Below the pieces are notes generated by a model. The model had not been told where the DNA came from and did not search any database. It saw only the letters and a list, made by a program, of their open reading frames with translations. Shown here in pieces: positions 37,901-51,737 of a stretch of DNA of 64,000 nt (positions are counted from its first letter, which is position 1; the number at the start of each line of letters is the position of its first letter). Made by a program: the position numbers and the translations under genes. The stretch is from Mytilus edulis (lineage: Eukaryota), in the NCBI RefSeq assembly GCF_963676685.1, contig NC_092350.1, forward strand, positions 59,892,001 to 59,956,000, written 5' to 3'.

Positions 37901-38410
37901 CGATAACGTATGTGGTCATAAACTTGCTAAAAAGGTTATGTGTTTGATGGTTATGAGTGATGATCCGGATTTATCCGGACTGAGCGTAGTCTCATTGACG
38001 CTCCTATCACATCTTATTATATATAATCATTCATGTCAAGTACCACAGCAGGGTGTAATAAGGTAAACAAAATAATTGCAGTTGCATGACCTCTTTGTAT
38101 CAAGTATTTGTTTCATATTTTATCAAAGATTGATTACGGTATTTTAGGACAATTCAAAACATCAAAGATGATTCGATAGTGCATTATATTTATACTAATT
38201 ACCAAGGCACAGACGACATATAAAAGCATTTTTGCTTGATATTGTTTATATAAGTGGAAAGCAATTAAAACTTCAATATCGCTATCTTGACGGTCACAAA
38301 CATTATAAATTTTCTTTTAATAAGATGAATGAATTTGGATTTAAATATTGAATAGTAAAATGGCTATTAGTGATTTATGTTCATATAAGAATCAAAGCTA
38401 CTCTTAATAC

Positions 38411-38593
38411 ATAATATCGAACCCCAAAAAAAAACCATTTTTTTCTAAATATGGACCGAACTATTAAATATATTAACTGACAATGAGTTAAATGAATCGG
38501 TATTTGTATAATATCGAACCCGAAAAAGCCATTGTTTTCTAAATATGGACCGAATTATTAAACTGACAATGAGTTAATTCAATCGGTATTTGT
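38411..38593. repeat. Tandem duplication, ~97-bp period, upstream of lectin C
   Basis: ataatatcgaaccc...ttttctaaatatggaccgaa.tattaaa...ctgacaatgagttaa...aatcggtatttgt at 38411 and 38508. Confidence 0.9.
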
Positions 38594-38832
38594 TATCATT
38601 TATTTCAAATTGTTATGATTAAAAGATGAGTTTTATTTTACCGTTAACAAACAGTAAGGTATTGTATCCGGTGTTAAGTGAATTGTTTTATCCGGATTTT
38701 AATGTATTAACGTCATTATGGCGAAACTCGTACGGTGGTAAAAATAGTCCAATCATGCATGTAGAGCATACTCTAGTTAATGTTGTTAAATTTCACTGCC
38801 TGAAAGGTTGAGTTAATCTGTCTGTGATTGAA

Positions 38833-41800
38833 ATGAACCAAAAAGTTATAAATTTGATAATAACATTAGTTTACTTTGCAAAAGTCAGAAATGCTAAAAA
38901 AGAATCAGTATATTTTAGATTGACAGAATCACATAGGATTATTGTAAGTCAGAATACAGTCGATCTTTATTCTAAAACACTGACAACATGTTCTGTAATG
39001 TGTGCAAATAATCACCAATGTTGTATGGCCAGTTTTGATGAAGTGAATTCGAAATGCCGATTGGACTATTCTGGAAATTGTTGTATTCAAATGGTACCTG
39101 GTGACGGATGGACGGTTATTAAAAGAAAAACGGATGTTTGTAAGTATATCAAGACACAAGTTCTTTCACTGTGCAATATTATATTACCATTTTATATTTA
39201 GGTGGGAAGAACTATTATGCGAATTGACTACTAGTATCACATTTAAAATGTTGCTTATCGTGCATTTTGTCTCTTTATTTTCATATTTAAAAAATAAAAT
39301 ATTTTCACTTTTGTAGACAATAAATATAGCATTCTCTTATACACAATATTTTGTTTTAGTCTGTCTTTGGCAAAGCTATATTCAGCTTTTACCAGCCCAA
39401 GATATTCATTCATACCACCATGTATAATGTATACGTTCTTCAAACTTCACTCTTGTAAATTAAATGGTAAATCCCGATTCGGATCTTGATTTGTTCCTGT
39501 GGAATTACTTTGAAGTTTTTTTCGACTAGCTTCTTTACCTTTTTTTTATTTATTTTTTTAGATAATGCAGAAAGTTACGCTTTTACTTACAATGCAAACA
39601 CATATTCATATAAAAATTACCTGCAAACTATAACTAACAGTGACGCCTCCGGGTGCGGGAGTTTCTCGCTACATTGAAGACTCATTGGTGGCCTTCAGCA
39701 GTTGTCTATTCAATGGTCGGGTTGTTGTCGCTTTGACACATTCCCCACTTCCTTTCTCAATTTTATGCTTTCCATTTGTAAGTTGGCTTCCTTTAATAAT
39801 TAAAAGACAATCAAAGTCAGCCATTTTAAACAGTGTTGCACACAATCCTGAAGCTCTTGAACATTCCAATGGTAGTGCAACAAATCTTATTATGTTTTCG
39901 ATGGTCGTTGTGATACGACGAATGTTGTATTACAATACACAGAACACATTTAATTGCTAATAGTTCAGTTATATAACAGGGTCAGTTTTAGCTGATATTC
40001 CTCTTATTCTTCTATTGATACTCAAGATATAGCTCCAGAACTTATAGTCTCCTGGTGAAACAAAATCAAGTGTTGTCAATAAATTATCAGTATTTATTGA
40101 GAGTAATAGGTCCATTACTAACAACAGTGTATATATAAAGCAGAGATGTGTGAAAACACATTTTTACAATCGTCACTCTCTTGCATAAATATAGTATCTC
40201 GCGATTGAGCCCGAATAAAAATGTTATGGCACTAAACAATATAAAAGCTAAAAGAACAAAAATACTGAACTCCTAGGAACATTCTAGATGGAAAGTCCAT
40301 AAGCAATGGCAAAATCAGAAGCTCAAACACATTACCCAAATGGTTAATAACTGACATATTCCCGACTTGGTGCTGGCATTATATAATGAAAAAATGGTGG
40401 ATTAAAGTGGTTTGATGATTTTATAGTTATGACAATTACATACAATTCCGTTATATTGGCAACGATGTGTGATGAAAATAACATCATAATAGGTAAAAAT
40501 ATACACAATTTGATAGCCAGCTGTAAAAATATTACAATTAACATTTTGCACAATTTAGATCACCACATGTGAATCTCGATTAAACACTTCTGGTATGAAA
40601 CTATGCCACATATATCTTAAACCGGACGTAAATCACTGATTATAAGCTTTCGTACTGTAAAAAGTACAATCTTAAAAATACTGAACTCCGAGGGAAATTC
40701 ATAAAACCCATGACGCAAAAAGCAATAAGGTTTAGTGTATGCTCCTTCATAAAGCAAATAGAAAGATAGAGTTGAAGTTTACAAAACTGTGCAGTAATGA
40801 TATTTTGTGTATGCATGTACCAATATATTTGTAGTTCGACTTCAGTCCATTCTTTTTAACTTTTCGGCAATTTGCTTTTACAACTGCCATTATATATTTA
40901 AACATTGGAAGGGCGAATTTGTATCCGTTCGTTACGATATATATTCGTTTTATTGTTTTATTCCACAAAGTCTTAAAAAACATCGGGGACAAAAGTTAAT
41001 TACAGTACCGTATTTAGGAACATGCAAACATAAGATGTAAATGTACTAAAACACTGAACTCTAAGTGATATGCAAACCCATTGAACTCGTAAAACTTACA
41101 TGTATTTATTTATCCTGATGTAATCTACTTTGTGACGAAAAATATACAAAAATGTTGTCAGTTCGGGATATTACGAACTGTAGATATATATAGATAGTAT
41201 CAATATTGTATCATGTATATACGCAATTACTAATTAATGAATCTTCTTTATTAAGATAAGAATATCCAAGTTATGTATTCATTTACATCTATATCATACT
41301 TTTCAGTTGATACGTCATCTAGTGTCGGGGACCTAAGCTTTGGAACATCATTCTATAAAGTTGTAGACGAACAGGTTAATTGGACCACTGCAAAGGTACA
41401 TACTAGCATAAACAATATCAGGGATTCACATGATCTTCTCCATGGTGCATAGCTTGTGAATGGCTGTATATAATATTATAACACAATAATAAATATACAT
41501 GACATAAATAACCACATTAACCATCCAGATTTCTTCGTCGAGGAGACAATCTCGAGTATGATACGGTGAAAAATATCAAATGAGTCTTTGTATAATGCTA
41601 TTCAAAAAGTCTTTGTATATATAATGCTATTCAAAAATAGAAACTAAAACTAATTTGTTTGTAGTTGTGAAAGAAGATTAATTTAAAAAGACACAATAGA
41701 CACACTGATCCGGATAAATAATACGTTGACAAAGTAAAAACAATGATACAAATAGAATAACAAGTTATGTTGTTCATTTTTAAAAATATGTTTAGTGTTG

Positions 41801-43379
41801 GCTGAAAGAACTGTCACGTCAACTCATGTATTGCCATGTTCATATACACTTTGAAATATGTCTATTTAAAAGGTACAGTTGTGTAAAATATAAAAAAAGT
41901 ATTCCTTACATTTTTGAGAGTTTGTTCAGAAGTTCGATTTATAATCTTTGAAAATGCAGAGATAATTGTACACAGAACTGTCGACGGAGGAGCTCATATG
42001 GTATACAAATTGCGTTCAATGAAACAGCAAGCATATGTATCCTCTGGTTAAAGTTTTAAAAATCCTTATCCTATTATTTTTAAGATGTTGAAAATACGTT
42101 CGAAACGGTCGCAAGCAAGGTTGTCCCTACGTGTTTTCCTGATATGTCCTGTTGTGTCATGAAGCTTATGACGTATTGTGTATATTTTTATTCATGACTT
42201 CAACCTTTTCAAAATGTTAACATACGGAGGTTTGCATTCAATCAAGGTTAATCAAGAATGCACTTAAGACGCAATTAATAAATATATATACGTTATTCAT
42301 GTTTCCAACAATTTGAATACAAGGCAGTTCGAGTTGCCCCTAAAAGAGAACGTTTCAAAAGGAAAAGAGAAGATAATGCATGTTATGTTAAAATAAGTAA
42401 TGCAGTTCTTTAGCACACCGTTCTTATCCATTATATTCGTGACATTATCTTATCTGCAAACTGTTTGACAAAGTTTCAAAAAATGTTTTATTGATTGTAA
42501 ATTTATTTTTAGGAAAACTGTATATGCCTTGGTGGAAAACTTGCCGAATTTGAAACGACTGAAGAAAATGAATATATCAAGAATGAACTAAGGACATTAG
42601 ATGCAACAGGTACGATTTGATAATAATACAGAATTGAATTAATACGTTGTCGGTAAATTCTTATGTTGACTAATATTCTGCGTCTTACTTCATTCTAAAT
42701 AATTTCAATGTACAGTAACAATGCTTGGGTTAAACCTAGTTATAAAGCTAGGAAAACCTACAATACTTGCAATTCCGCCCTACATGTGAATAAATCATTT
42801 GGGGGTTGTTGATTTAGCTTTTGAATTACCCAACATGTGTTATACATCAATTTTGTAAACTGTTTGTATCTTAAGTATTGCTATTTGGATTTATATGACA
42901 GAACAAAACATCGGAATGAAAAAACATGTGGGATGTTACTTAATACAATTGCGTAGGTTGAAACACAAAAGCTTTTGTTCTAATTGTATGAATTAAAACA
43001 CAACTCAAAAGCTATTGCAGATTATAACAAAGTATTGTAGGACTTTCACATTAACATCTTAAGATTGCTATTAGTTTTTGTTTCAAGTCAGTGAAAAATG
43101 AACATAGAGTTGTCTTAAACTTGAAAGTGTTAAATATGTTACACACCATTTGTTTTTTCAGTTGATGGACACTGGCTCGGTGGCTATAATTTCAACAATG
43201 ATAATGATATGGAATGGATAAGTCATCCTGATCAAGTTATGTCATTTCATGACATGTATCCGGGTCAGCCAAACGGACCATTTACTCAGCTGTGCATGGT
43301 ATATTGGAATTCTTGGGATTATAAATGGGGAGATTATTTCTGTGACCAATTATTATCGTACATTTGTGAATTTGAATAA
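38833..43379 (+). CDS. Secreted PAN/apple-domain + C-type lectin, paralog C (236 aa, 4 exons)
   Basis: Exons 38833-39139, 41307-41395, 42513-42609, 43162-43379 (711 nt, GT-AG, phases 1/0/1 as in paralog B). TLTTCSVMCANNHQCCMASFDEVNSKCRL; WTTAK-ENCICLGGKLAEFETTEENEYI; HWLGG; QPN; QLC; WGDYFC; YICEFE*. Confidence 0.92.
39640..39765 (-). repeat. Dispersed repeat family R2 fragment
   Basis: Reverse complement of 58590-58720 (ataaaattgagaa.ggaa.tggggaatgtgtcaaag.gacaacaacccgacc). Confidence 0.8.
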
Positions 43380-45194
43380 GATAAAACTAGCTTATACTAT
43401 ACTACTGAATGATATTGCTAATCTGGTTCCGTATCAACTTAACAAACCTTACAAGATGGACTTGAAGGATAGGTTCTGGGTTCTGATGTGTGTTATCATC
43501 TGAATATCGTGTTATGGTCTTCTTTTATTTGTCTTTATGACTATTACTTTTACTGTTTAGTTTGTTTTTGATGGAATTTATTTGACGTTGCTCTGTTCTT
43601 ACAAATTCCGCCATTATATAATTATGTTATGGATAAACAATGTATTCTTGTCTCTCATTTTTGCAAATGAGTTTTTTCTATATGCCTTTATCATTGTTTA
43701 TATTTCTTTGTTACATATGACGTGACTATGTGCATAAACATCGCGTTATTATGTAATTGTAAAAATTTTTGCATTCTTGTTTTGGTTGTTTTTGCTAATG
43801 TGATGTGTCTATCTGACTTGTTGTGGTTTTATTTTTACATATTTTTTTTGTTTTATAGAGTTATGATTACATGACCCAATCTTGGCTGCTGTATCTATTT
43901 TTTTGACATTTGTATCTATTTTGTCTCTTTGTTTTGTTCACACATCGTTGTTGATATAATTGAATGGAATGCAACTGGCATACACAGCTGCCATACAAGT
44001 GAGAGGTTCAGCTAGCTATACAACCAGGTTTAATCCTTATTGTCGACACAAAAATGTTTCAGCTTTCGATTGTGCCATCAGATTATTGATTTTCCATTTT
44101 GAATTTTCGGAATATTTCCTATTTTACTTGATTGTACTTCCCAGGGGAACTAAACCAGTGCAACATTTAAAAAATAAATAATTTTGTAAATGTATCTGTT
44201 AAAAGTTCTCTATACTTCTGTCGTTAACATTTTGATCTTATTTTTTGTCTTCTGAAAAAAAGACATTTATCTTTCATAAGGACGAGTTTTTAACGTAAAA
44301 AGTGTTCAGTCATTGGCAAATCTTCTAACATTTCTTGAGGGCTATAGTGTTGGGGAACAACCTGTAACCTATAATTGAGACAACACAACCTCAAAGTTGT
44401 AAACATACAGGAATTCAACGGATGCCACATACTTTCGAACAATTATTGATATAACAGATTAAAACTCTTTTACTTTGCAAGGAATATTAATATTTCGTGT
44501 TCCAAATATTAAATACATGTAGTTATAAAAGGAAGGATATGTGTTGGTTACATAAGAAACTAATTCATTAATACTTTTCAGATATTTTTTAAGTAGAGTG
44601 TTTCTTATTGACTGGTACATACAGTTGTACACGTCAGAATGGATATTTTAATATATCATTTGCATATTCAGACTGTAAATTTGTTCCGTTGGTTTTTTTT
44701 TCTCATGTTGATGTGTTTCCAATGGTTTTAATTAGGTCTTTCCACTTTTCTGTGGAAAGACCTATTGTTTTTCTTCTGATTATTTTTTTTTCTTCTTTCG
44801 CCAAATTTTGTTCTTGCGATAAACATTTGTTTCGCAATATGTCGCTTAGATATTTGGTATATGATATCGAACAGTTTATGGGCTTTTGAAATTTACCCTG
44901 CGTAACCGAATACTTTTCTTTGTAGGAGTTATCTCCCCAAACACTGTTTTCCTTGTGTCCACATCTCCTTCGCAACCGTAAATACAATAGATAGATCGCG
45001 ACGTCGTAACTAAAGTGGTATTTCAAAAATCATCCAATCCCGACGCTGCATTGGTAATTCCGCAAAAAAAATTAATGACACTTGCGATCAAATAATTGGA
45101 AACTATTGACCAGCCCAATAGTTCAACGCTTGTCATTTGAAAACAAATAGTCAAAATAGAGTGTACTTATTTTATATAGTAAATAACTGTGTAT

Positions 45195-46408
45195 GTAGAT
45201 TCTTAATTTTTGGTCCAGTTTTCAAATTGGTCTACATTAAGGTCCAAAGGGTCCAAAATTAAACTAAGTTTGATTTTAACAAAAATTAAATTCTTGGGCT
45301 TATTTGATATGCTTTATCTAAATATGTACTTTGATTTTTGATTATGGGCCCAGTTTTCAAGTTGGTCCAAATCAGGATTCCATATTAAGTATTGTGCAAT
45401 AGCAAGAAATTTTCAATTGCACAGTATTGCACAATAGCAAGAAATATCTAATTGCACAATATTGTGCAATAGCAATTAATTTTCAATTGGAGTTATCTTT
45501 CTTTGTATAGAATAGTAGTTGATAATATATGTTGGAAATTTGCCAGACATGACTATGATGTCATTTTCTATTTGTATTTGCCAATAACTTTATGTAAATA
45601 ACTTCATTGGAAATTTGCCAATATAAAATGTTGCTGATGAAGCTTTTTTTCCTTATCTTATCTAAAATGTTTTTAGATAATGTATGTTGGACATTTGCCA
45701 GACATGACTATGATGTCATTTTCTATTTTTATTTGCCAATAACTTTATGTAAATAACTTCATTGGAAATTTGCCAATATAAAATGTTGCTGATGAAGTTT
45801 TTTTTATTGTTTTATACAATAAACAATGTATATTCACTTTTACTACCAACCAATCTGTACCATTCAGTGATAACAAGCACTTTATTTTACATTTTAATAT
45901 TTTATGATGTATTTAAAAGAGTAGTTATTGTTGCAAACTCCATTAGAAATTTGAATTGATATCAGTTTTGGAAAAAGGGAAACGGGGATGTGAAAAAGGG
46001 GGGGGGTTAAATTTTTCTCATTTCAGATTTCATAATTTGACATAAATAAAAAGAAAATTTCTTCAAACATTTTTTTGAGAGGATTAATATTCAACAGCAA
46101 AGTAAATTGCTCAAAGGCAAAAAAAAACTTTTAAGTTCATTAGACCACATTCATTCTGTGTCAGAAACCTATGCTGTGTCAACTATTTAATTTTAGATTT
46201 AAAAAGTTTGAAGAAGAAATCTTTAATTGATTTGTAAAATCTTGACATTTGTTTTGTGTAAAAAAAAACACCATGTAATGTCAAAAATTTGATCACAATC
46301 CAAATTCAGAGCTGTATCACGCTTGAATGTATTGTCCATACTTGCCCCAACTGTTCAGGGTTCGACCTCTGCGGTCGTATAAAGCTGCGCCCTGCGGAGC
46401 ACCTGGTT
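45195..46408. mobile_element. Non-autonomous Helentron/HINE-like element with internal duplications
   Basis: Starts with the inverted subunit of the 2555-3150 repeat; attgtgcaatagcaa reiterations; ~157-bp duplication (45530/45687); ends gttcgacctctgcggtcgtataaagctgcgccctgcggagcacctggtt. Confidence 0.6.
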
Positions 46409-46619
46409 AACCATTTGCACTATCTACTGAAGAGTCCCGAGTGCAACTGGTTATTCATTCATACATATGGACGAAACGCATAAGGCTTACTAGACCATAC
46501 CCGCGACATCCCAGGTCCTTGACTGAATTAAATAACCTACCCCTTAGTTTTAGCCTGAATTTTTAGAATTCATATTGTCATTTGGTAAAGTCAAGCTGAT
46601 TATAAAGTGCACAGTTATT

Positions 46620-46920
46620 CCCTGTATAATTACTATGTAGATGTGCATATCGACAGGAAATTATGATTCAAATTTTTTTCTAGGAGTTACGCCCCTTTGA
46701 ACTTATTTGCACCAATATACTACTGCAACAGTTTTTCATCTCAACTCCTCTGAATTCACACAACAGAATTTCATGAAACTTTGTAGATAATAAGGACATA
46801 CTATGTTGATGTGCTTATCGCCAGGAAATTATGATTCAATTTTTTGCTTAGAGTTATTTTATTTATCCAGTGACAATGTGGGGGCGTGGGGTATGTGAAC
46901 GCGCTCACTAAGGTTCCTTA
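46620..46920. repeat. HINE-like repeat fragment with ~170-bp internal duplication
   Basis: tactatgt.gatgtgc.tatcg.caggaaattatgattcaa at ~46632 and ~46799. Confidence 0.5.
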
Positions 46921-49039
46921 ATTTGTGTTGATGTTAATTGACGGATTACAGCACCGTTTATTTGTATACTATGGCCACAACAAAACTGCATCCTATAAGT
47001 TTCCTTTATATTTCTATCCATATAGCAAAAACCTTGAAACAAGAATAATTCTGCAAAACCTTATTCATATTTTTTATACATTTTAGTCTACACTATTTGT
47101 AATAATCTATTTAGAGAAATTAAGAATCATAAACAAATAAATTGGATATACCATGTTATTAAAATTATTTCATTCAGGTAAATTTGTCTTTTATCATGTT
47201 TATATAACTTCAATCAGGCCATGGAGAATCTAAGATAAAGACAATTTCAAAGAAAGAATTAAAATATATGTGTGATACAACAGAAGTGTACTGTCTTGCT
47301 CATCTAGCCCCATGTGCATGCCAGGTATTATCATCACTTTGAACTATTAGACATCTAAGAAACAATGTCGAACATGTAAAGGGAATCTTTCACTAATGAT
47401 ACTGGTATGATCCTAGACTACAGTGTTCCAAGTAAGAAATGCCCACCACAATGGACATAATTAGAACCATCCGAGAAGAACATACATACAGGTTCTTATA
47501 AACCATCTTGCATATCAAAATTACATATAATGTAGAAATGCAGCTTCTCTGTTTCTCTACTAATTTTTAGTATTTTTTTTTTATCCAAAAGCAAAGTAGT
47601 AGATCTCATTTTAACAGAATCATTTGGTAATCCATACATTGTGTACAAAAAGTGTCTCCTCCAAGATAATCTTGTCAGTTGAACATAAAACCAAGATATT
47701 GAAAAAAAAACCAACACTACACATTTTTAGTGTTTGGTACTGGTCTGATATTGAAGATGGCTGTCACTGTGACACACTATGGGGAAAAACATTCAAACAT
47801 ATTATCCACATTGATCTGTGTCCACACTTGTTTTATATAGTAAATAATAACTGAGGTATAATACGATTTTTTCTCTCAGTTATTTCCTGCCTCAACTTAA
47901 TTCACATGTTTATCACTCAGGACAGGCAGATATGTTTATTTAAAAAAAAATAAAGAACTGTAAGAATGTTTGATTTTGTATACCTATTGACTGGGTGTGA
48001 GTAGAATGGTAAGTTTATTGTCCCCCGAGATGCAACTAATGTCCGAAGGCGTCGCCGAGAGCAATAGTTGTATCCGAGGTGACAAATTAACTTACTATTC
48101 GATGAATATCAAGTCAGTTAGTGTTTTATTATATCAATAAAGACACCAGACAGTAAATGGCGGTGATAAATCAACTATCGTAATATAAAAAGCAGAAACC
48201 CAACCATAACGTTCACTTCATAAATATTCTAAAATGCTGCCACTGCGCCTTGCAATGACGTCAACCCTAGATACAATCCGTAAAAATCAACGTTGTTACT
48301 CCCGGGTATTTTCAAAATCCTCAAATCGCGTAGCTGCATCGAAAATTCCTCGAAATATTATGACGCTTGCGGTCAGATAGTTTTATCGAGGTCCAATAGT
48401 TTGAAACTATTGACCGGTCCAATAGTAAAACGATTGCAATTTTGAAATAAAGTTTAAATATTGAGTTCTTATTCTATATAGAAAATGTTAACTCAGGTAT
48501 AATAAAAAAAAAAACGTTTTCACCTTTGAGATAGACAATCTATGATCATCTATGACATCTTAAAGTATGTAGATATGTTTTATGTTTGATGTTAATCAAA
48601 CATGGGATTATGCAGTTTTTATGGCATATCATAATTATAAAGTGTGTATAGGTTTGGCATTATGAGTGTTTTCCCTGTCAACTCCCATAATAGGTGGTAA
48701 CTGTTACTACCAGGAGTTTATATGACACTGTGGCCACATAGGTCTGCAAACAATACTGATTTTTTAGAAATGTTGTTATAATTATATAACATTCAATGTT
48801 AACGTCCATATATAGGTTTGTTGTAAATTAAAATATTCTCTGTAAAAAAACAGAGGACGAAAAACGTAAATCCAGTAATAGATAAAAACTTTTAATTGGA
48901 AATGGGACAAAGTTGTTTTTTCATCACTATAACTATTGGGAAGTCTGTGTATGTATAACAGATGGACAAACTTTTACACAAGCTAGCAATCAATATAAAG
49001 AAGAAGATTTGATATGATTGTCAATGAATCAAATGAACT

Positions 49040-49790
49040 CCATGGCTAAAAAAACACACAAATAATAGTACACAAGACACAAAATTGCAAAACTACATAC
49101 TAACCAACACGAACCCCACCAAACTCTTGGGGTGAAAACATGTGCTGCGGAAAGGTGAACAGATCCTGCTCCCTTTGTGGTACCCGTCGTGTTAATCATT
49201 TTATTACAAACCAGGTAAATAGTATAATGTGGTAGGTCACATTCGTGGTGAAAAGGAAAGTGTAACACATCCGATATCATCTATGAAACGGTTATTCCAT
49301 AACGGTAAACCAACTCGTGATGGTGTCTGTAACATTTTCGAAGAAATGATTTCAACTTCAGCATTTGGAACTATTGGTTTTATAGCTTCCTTGTAAGCAG
49401 CAACCCACTATCCAGGACATCATGTTAGGAAATACAAGTCCGGAAATATCGTATCAATTGGGAGATATATACTGTAAATGTAGCCTCTGCTGAAATGTTG
49501 GGCACAATTGGTTCCAATTGGAATGCCGACAGTCTGATGAAAAAAAGACTTCCTCCAAACGTACCAAATTAAGCATCTTGATAGTGTCAGTTTTAGATAA
49601 TTTTGTGTTTGAGTCAGAGTTTTACTTTACAAAAAAAGATTTATCCCTCCCAAAGACAAGATACTTTTATCTTCGTTCGCCATTCTTTTTTTTTTATGAA
49701 ACAAAGCAATGCCAAAGACTATAAGACATCAATGTTTACCTTCATCTTATCTTATTCTTTGACGCCGTCTTCCTAATGGGTTAACTAGGC
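49040..49790 (-). mobile_element. Decayed, internally deleted copy of the same Penelope-like family
   Basis: Reverse complement matches the 3' UTR (cacgaaccccaccaaa, gatcctgctcc, cccgtcgtgtt) and RT segments (tttatccctcccaagacaagatac = YLVLGRDK; gtatcaattgggagatata = YISQLIR) of 21239-24041. Confidence 0.85.
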
Positions 49791-51737
49791 TAGACCAGAA
49801 GAGGTAGGTTTGAATTTAAAACATTCCGTGTTAAGTGATTTACAAAGGGATAGGCATCTTTTATTAGAACAACAAAAGAAATATTAAATAAAGCTTCAAT
49901 TAGTTTGGTGGAGTTTTGTTCTAAAATCAGACAACATAACAGTTGATTTGGTTTCTCATACGGCGGTCCAGGGAGTATAGTAGTGATTGTGTTGTTATGT
50001 AATCGTAAGAATACATGGTACCTACTAAATATGATAAGGAACCATGTAGCCAAATGTATGTAAACAATATGTATGTAAATTTACAATAACAACAAGCAAA
50101 GAATGACAACTCTTGTGTGTATATCGTTGTAAATATGTGTTTGTAAACAATTTACAAATCATACATTCTTAATGTGTTTTTATTTTAAATATAGTATAAG
50201 AATCGGTGTGCACTTTACGAATACTATTGATCGTGCATTTTTGACGCAGACATATTTAATTTTAGTTTGAAAACTGTAACACAAAAACATACATTCTATG
50301 ATTGTAAATGAGGCAACTCTCCTCCACAAACCAAATGCCGTAGAATTAACCAACTATAGGCCATCATACGCAACGAAATGATATTTTATAAATTGTTTGT
50401 TAACTGTAATCAATACGTTGTTTTGACCTTCACATATTTAGTAGAGGCCTTAAGTTTAGATATGCTTAGTATATGATACAAACGGTTATAGTTTTTTTTT
50501 CATGATAGATGTCTTCATGAAAAATCAATTCAAGCGCTCCTGACAATCGAAGTAAATGAATCAGATTATATACAAAAAATATCTAAAAACAAATCTCTAC
50601 CCAACTTGTCCCTTTTCAAGACGAAATAAGAATTCAGTTTTACAGTTGTCAGCTGAATTCTGTATTTTGTTTGCACCGTTGGATTACTCGTCATTGACGT
50701 ACATCCATAATAGGAAGCTATTAATATGTAATAAACATCTTAAAGAACAAAAGTCATAACATTAGGCTTTATGTATACATACTAATCAGCGGAAAACAAA
50801 GAATTTTTCATTACAAAAAGCGACCAATGACAACCACAGATTAACACATTCCATTTGTTAGAAAGAAGCATAACCATCGATACTGCGTATAAGGAATTGT
50901 GTAACAGAATAATAACACAGCATAAAAACATACTGAAAATATTTGTTGTTGGAGGATTGCATTATTGGTTTGGTTTGGTTTCACAAAAAAAACGACAACA
51001 TACACAAAGAGCTGATGTTGACTTTATCGAACGATAGTTTAAATCATAATGCCAACTAAAAAAACGATAGAATTAAATGGATAATCAATACAAAACAGAG
51101 TATTTAATGTAAAGATGGCAAAATCAATCGGATAAAATCATGCTTAAAGTCTGATTTTACATTAAAAAATATTGGGATTTTTTTAAATTTGTACATGTTA
51201 AGGCATGATACTTTGGTAGGGAGGTACCAGTTCTTACACTCTTGGTCAGTGTCATACGAAGAAAATTAGTATGAAAAACTATGACTATTCTTTGTCGTTT
51301 CATTTTGCAGTTATATATGAAAGTATTTAAAATTCACTGTGCTACCTTCCCTGCGTTCCATACACATACTGTACGATGGCTAGCTTTACATTCTTTTTTA
51401 TAATGATGCCCATTGTTCAAAACAGATGATTTTTTAAGGACACTATGAAGTGTTCAATGTTGATGTCAAGGATAAATTCAACTTGTCTTTACTCGAGGTG
51501 CAGGAGAAAATAACAAAAAGGTTAAGTAATTAGCAGGTTGGCAGCAATGAGGTCTTGAAAAGGGTGAATTTTTTTATGATTTTGTCCGTTATAAGGAAAA
51601 ATAGAAAAGGGGGAAATATACCAGAAGCAAGCGGTTGAATTGAAAACAGAAAGATTTTTAAACTTTGTGTTTATCATATAAAGTGATCACTATTATTAAT
51701 TGTAATTGATGAAATAAAAGTGTGTATGTATATATGT

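Noticed and set aside
44703-45026. 107-aa - strand ORF as a gene or recombinase fragment
   Set aside because: No recognisable motif or splice support; sits among repeat fragments.
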